From assembly GCA_900769055.1 (NCBI GenBank), contig CAAGFF010000140.1, positions 1 to 48,964 of the forward strand: a stretch of DNA of 48,964 bases, read 5' to 3'. The DNA comes from an uncultured Prevotella sp. (GTDB lineage: Bacteria > Bacteroidota > Bacteroidia > Bacteroidales > Bacteroidaceae). The stretch's first letter is position 1; each line of letters begins with the position of its first letter. The notes below the pieces were generated by a model. It ran no database searches, was not told where the DNA came from, and was given only the letters and a program-made list of their open reading frames with translations. Positions 48,915 to 48,964 of the stretch are shown one piece after another. A program made the translations under genes and the position numbers.

Positions 48915-48964
48915 CTAATGTGAAAAAATACAATCTGTATGGTTGAGAGTAACGCCCTGAACCA

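Larger units (their letters stand above)
1..48964. repeat. Whole-window perfect inverted duplication (arm 1-24482 plus reverse complement 24483-48964, no spacer)
   Basis: Every ORF at a..b has an identical translation at (48965-b)..(48965-a) on the other strand. The ends tggttcaggg / ccctgaacca are reverse complements. The centre reads ggagataaatgaag|cttcatttatctcc. Intergenic spot checks also mirror. Confidence 0.99.

Noticed and set aside
24483..48964. Real gene duplication or paralogous copies
   Set aside because: No divergence detected and exact end-to-end symmetry; treated as the same locus read twice.

Overview
The window is one 24,482-bp segment of a Bacteroidales (Prevotella-like) chromosome followed by its exact reverse complement. 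It is a spacer-free palindrome with its axis between 24482 and 24483, so position i mirrors 48965-i. Every ORF appears twice with an identical translation and the two ends are reverse complements, so an assembly or amplification fold-back artefact is the most likely cause; a real hairpin end cannot be excluded without reads. The unique half holds 16 mostly housekeeping genes: a SpoVK/CbbX-like AAA+ ATPase, dcp, purL, a short-chain chromate transporter pair, GH43 arabinanase, mntP, M18 aminopeptidase, a HAD hydrolase, GH27-NPCBM glycosidase, an esterase fused to a degenerate nucleotidase domain, guanine deaminase, a Dna2-like nuclease-helicase, an atypical QueD/PTPS with a zinc ribbon, greA and a HIT protein. 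TAnnTTTG promoters and 7/8-bp intergenic repeats support the taxon. The most interesting biology is a ~1-kb gene-free island (13133-14140). It contains a promoter-driven ~320-nt highly structured RNA with alternative pairings, a 15-codon ORF stub, an inverted CTACCAC iteron-like array and a 22-bp-period palindrome array. Also notable are a terminator-type leader before greA and a structured leader before the atypical QueD. Protein calls come from motif recognition only; no searches or folding programs were run.
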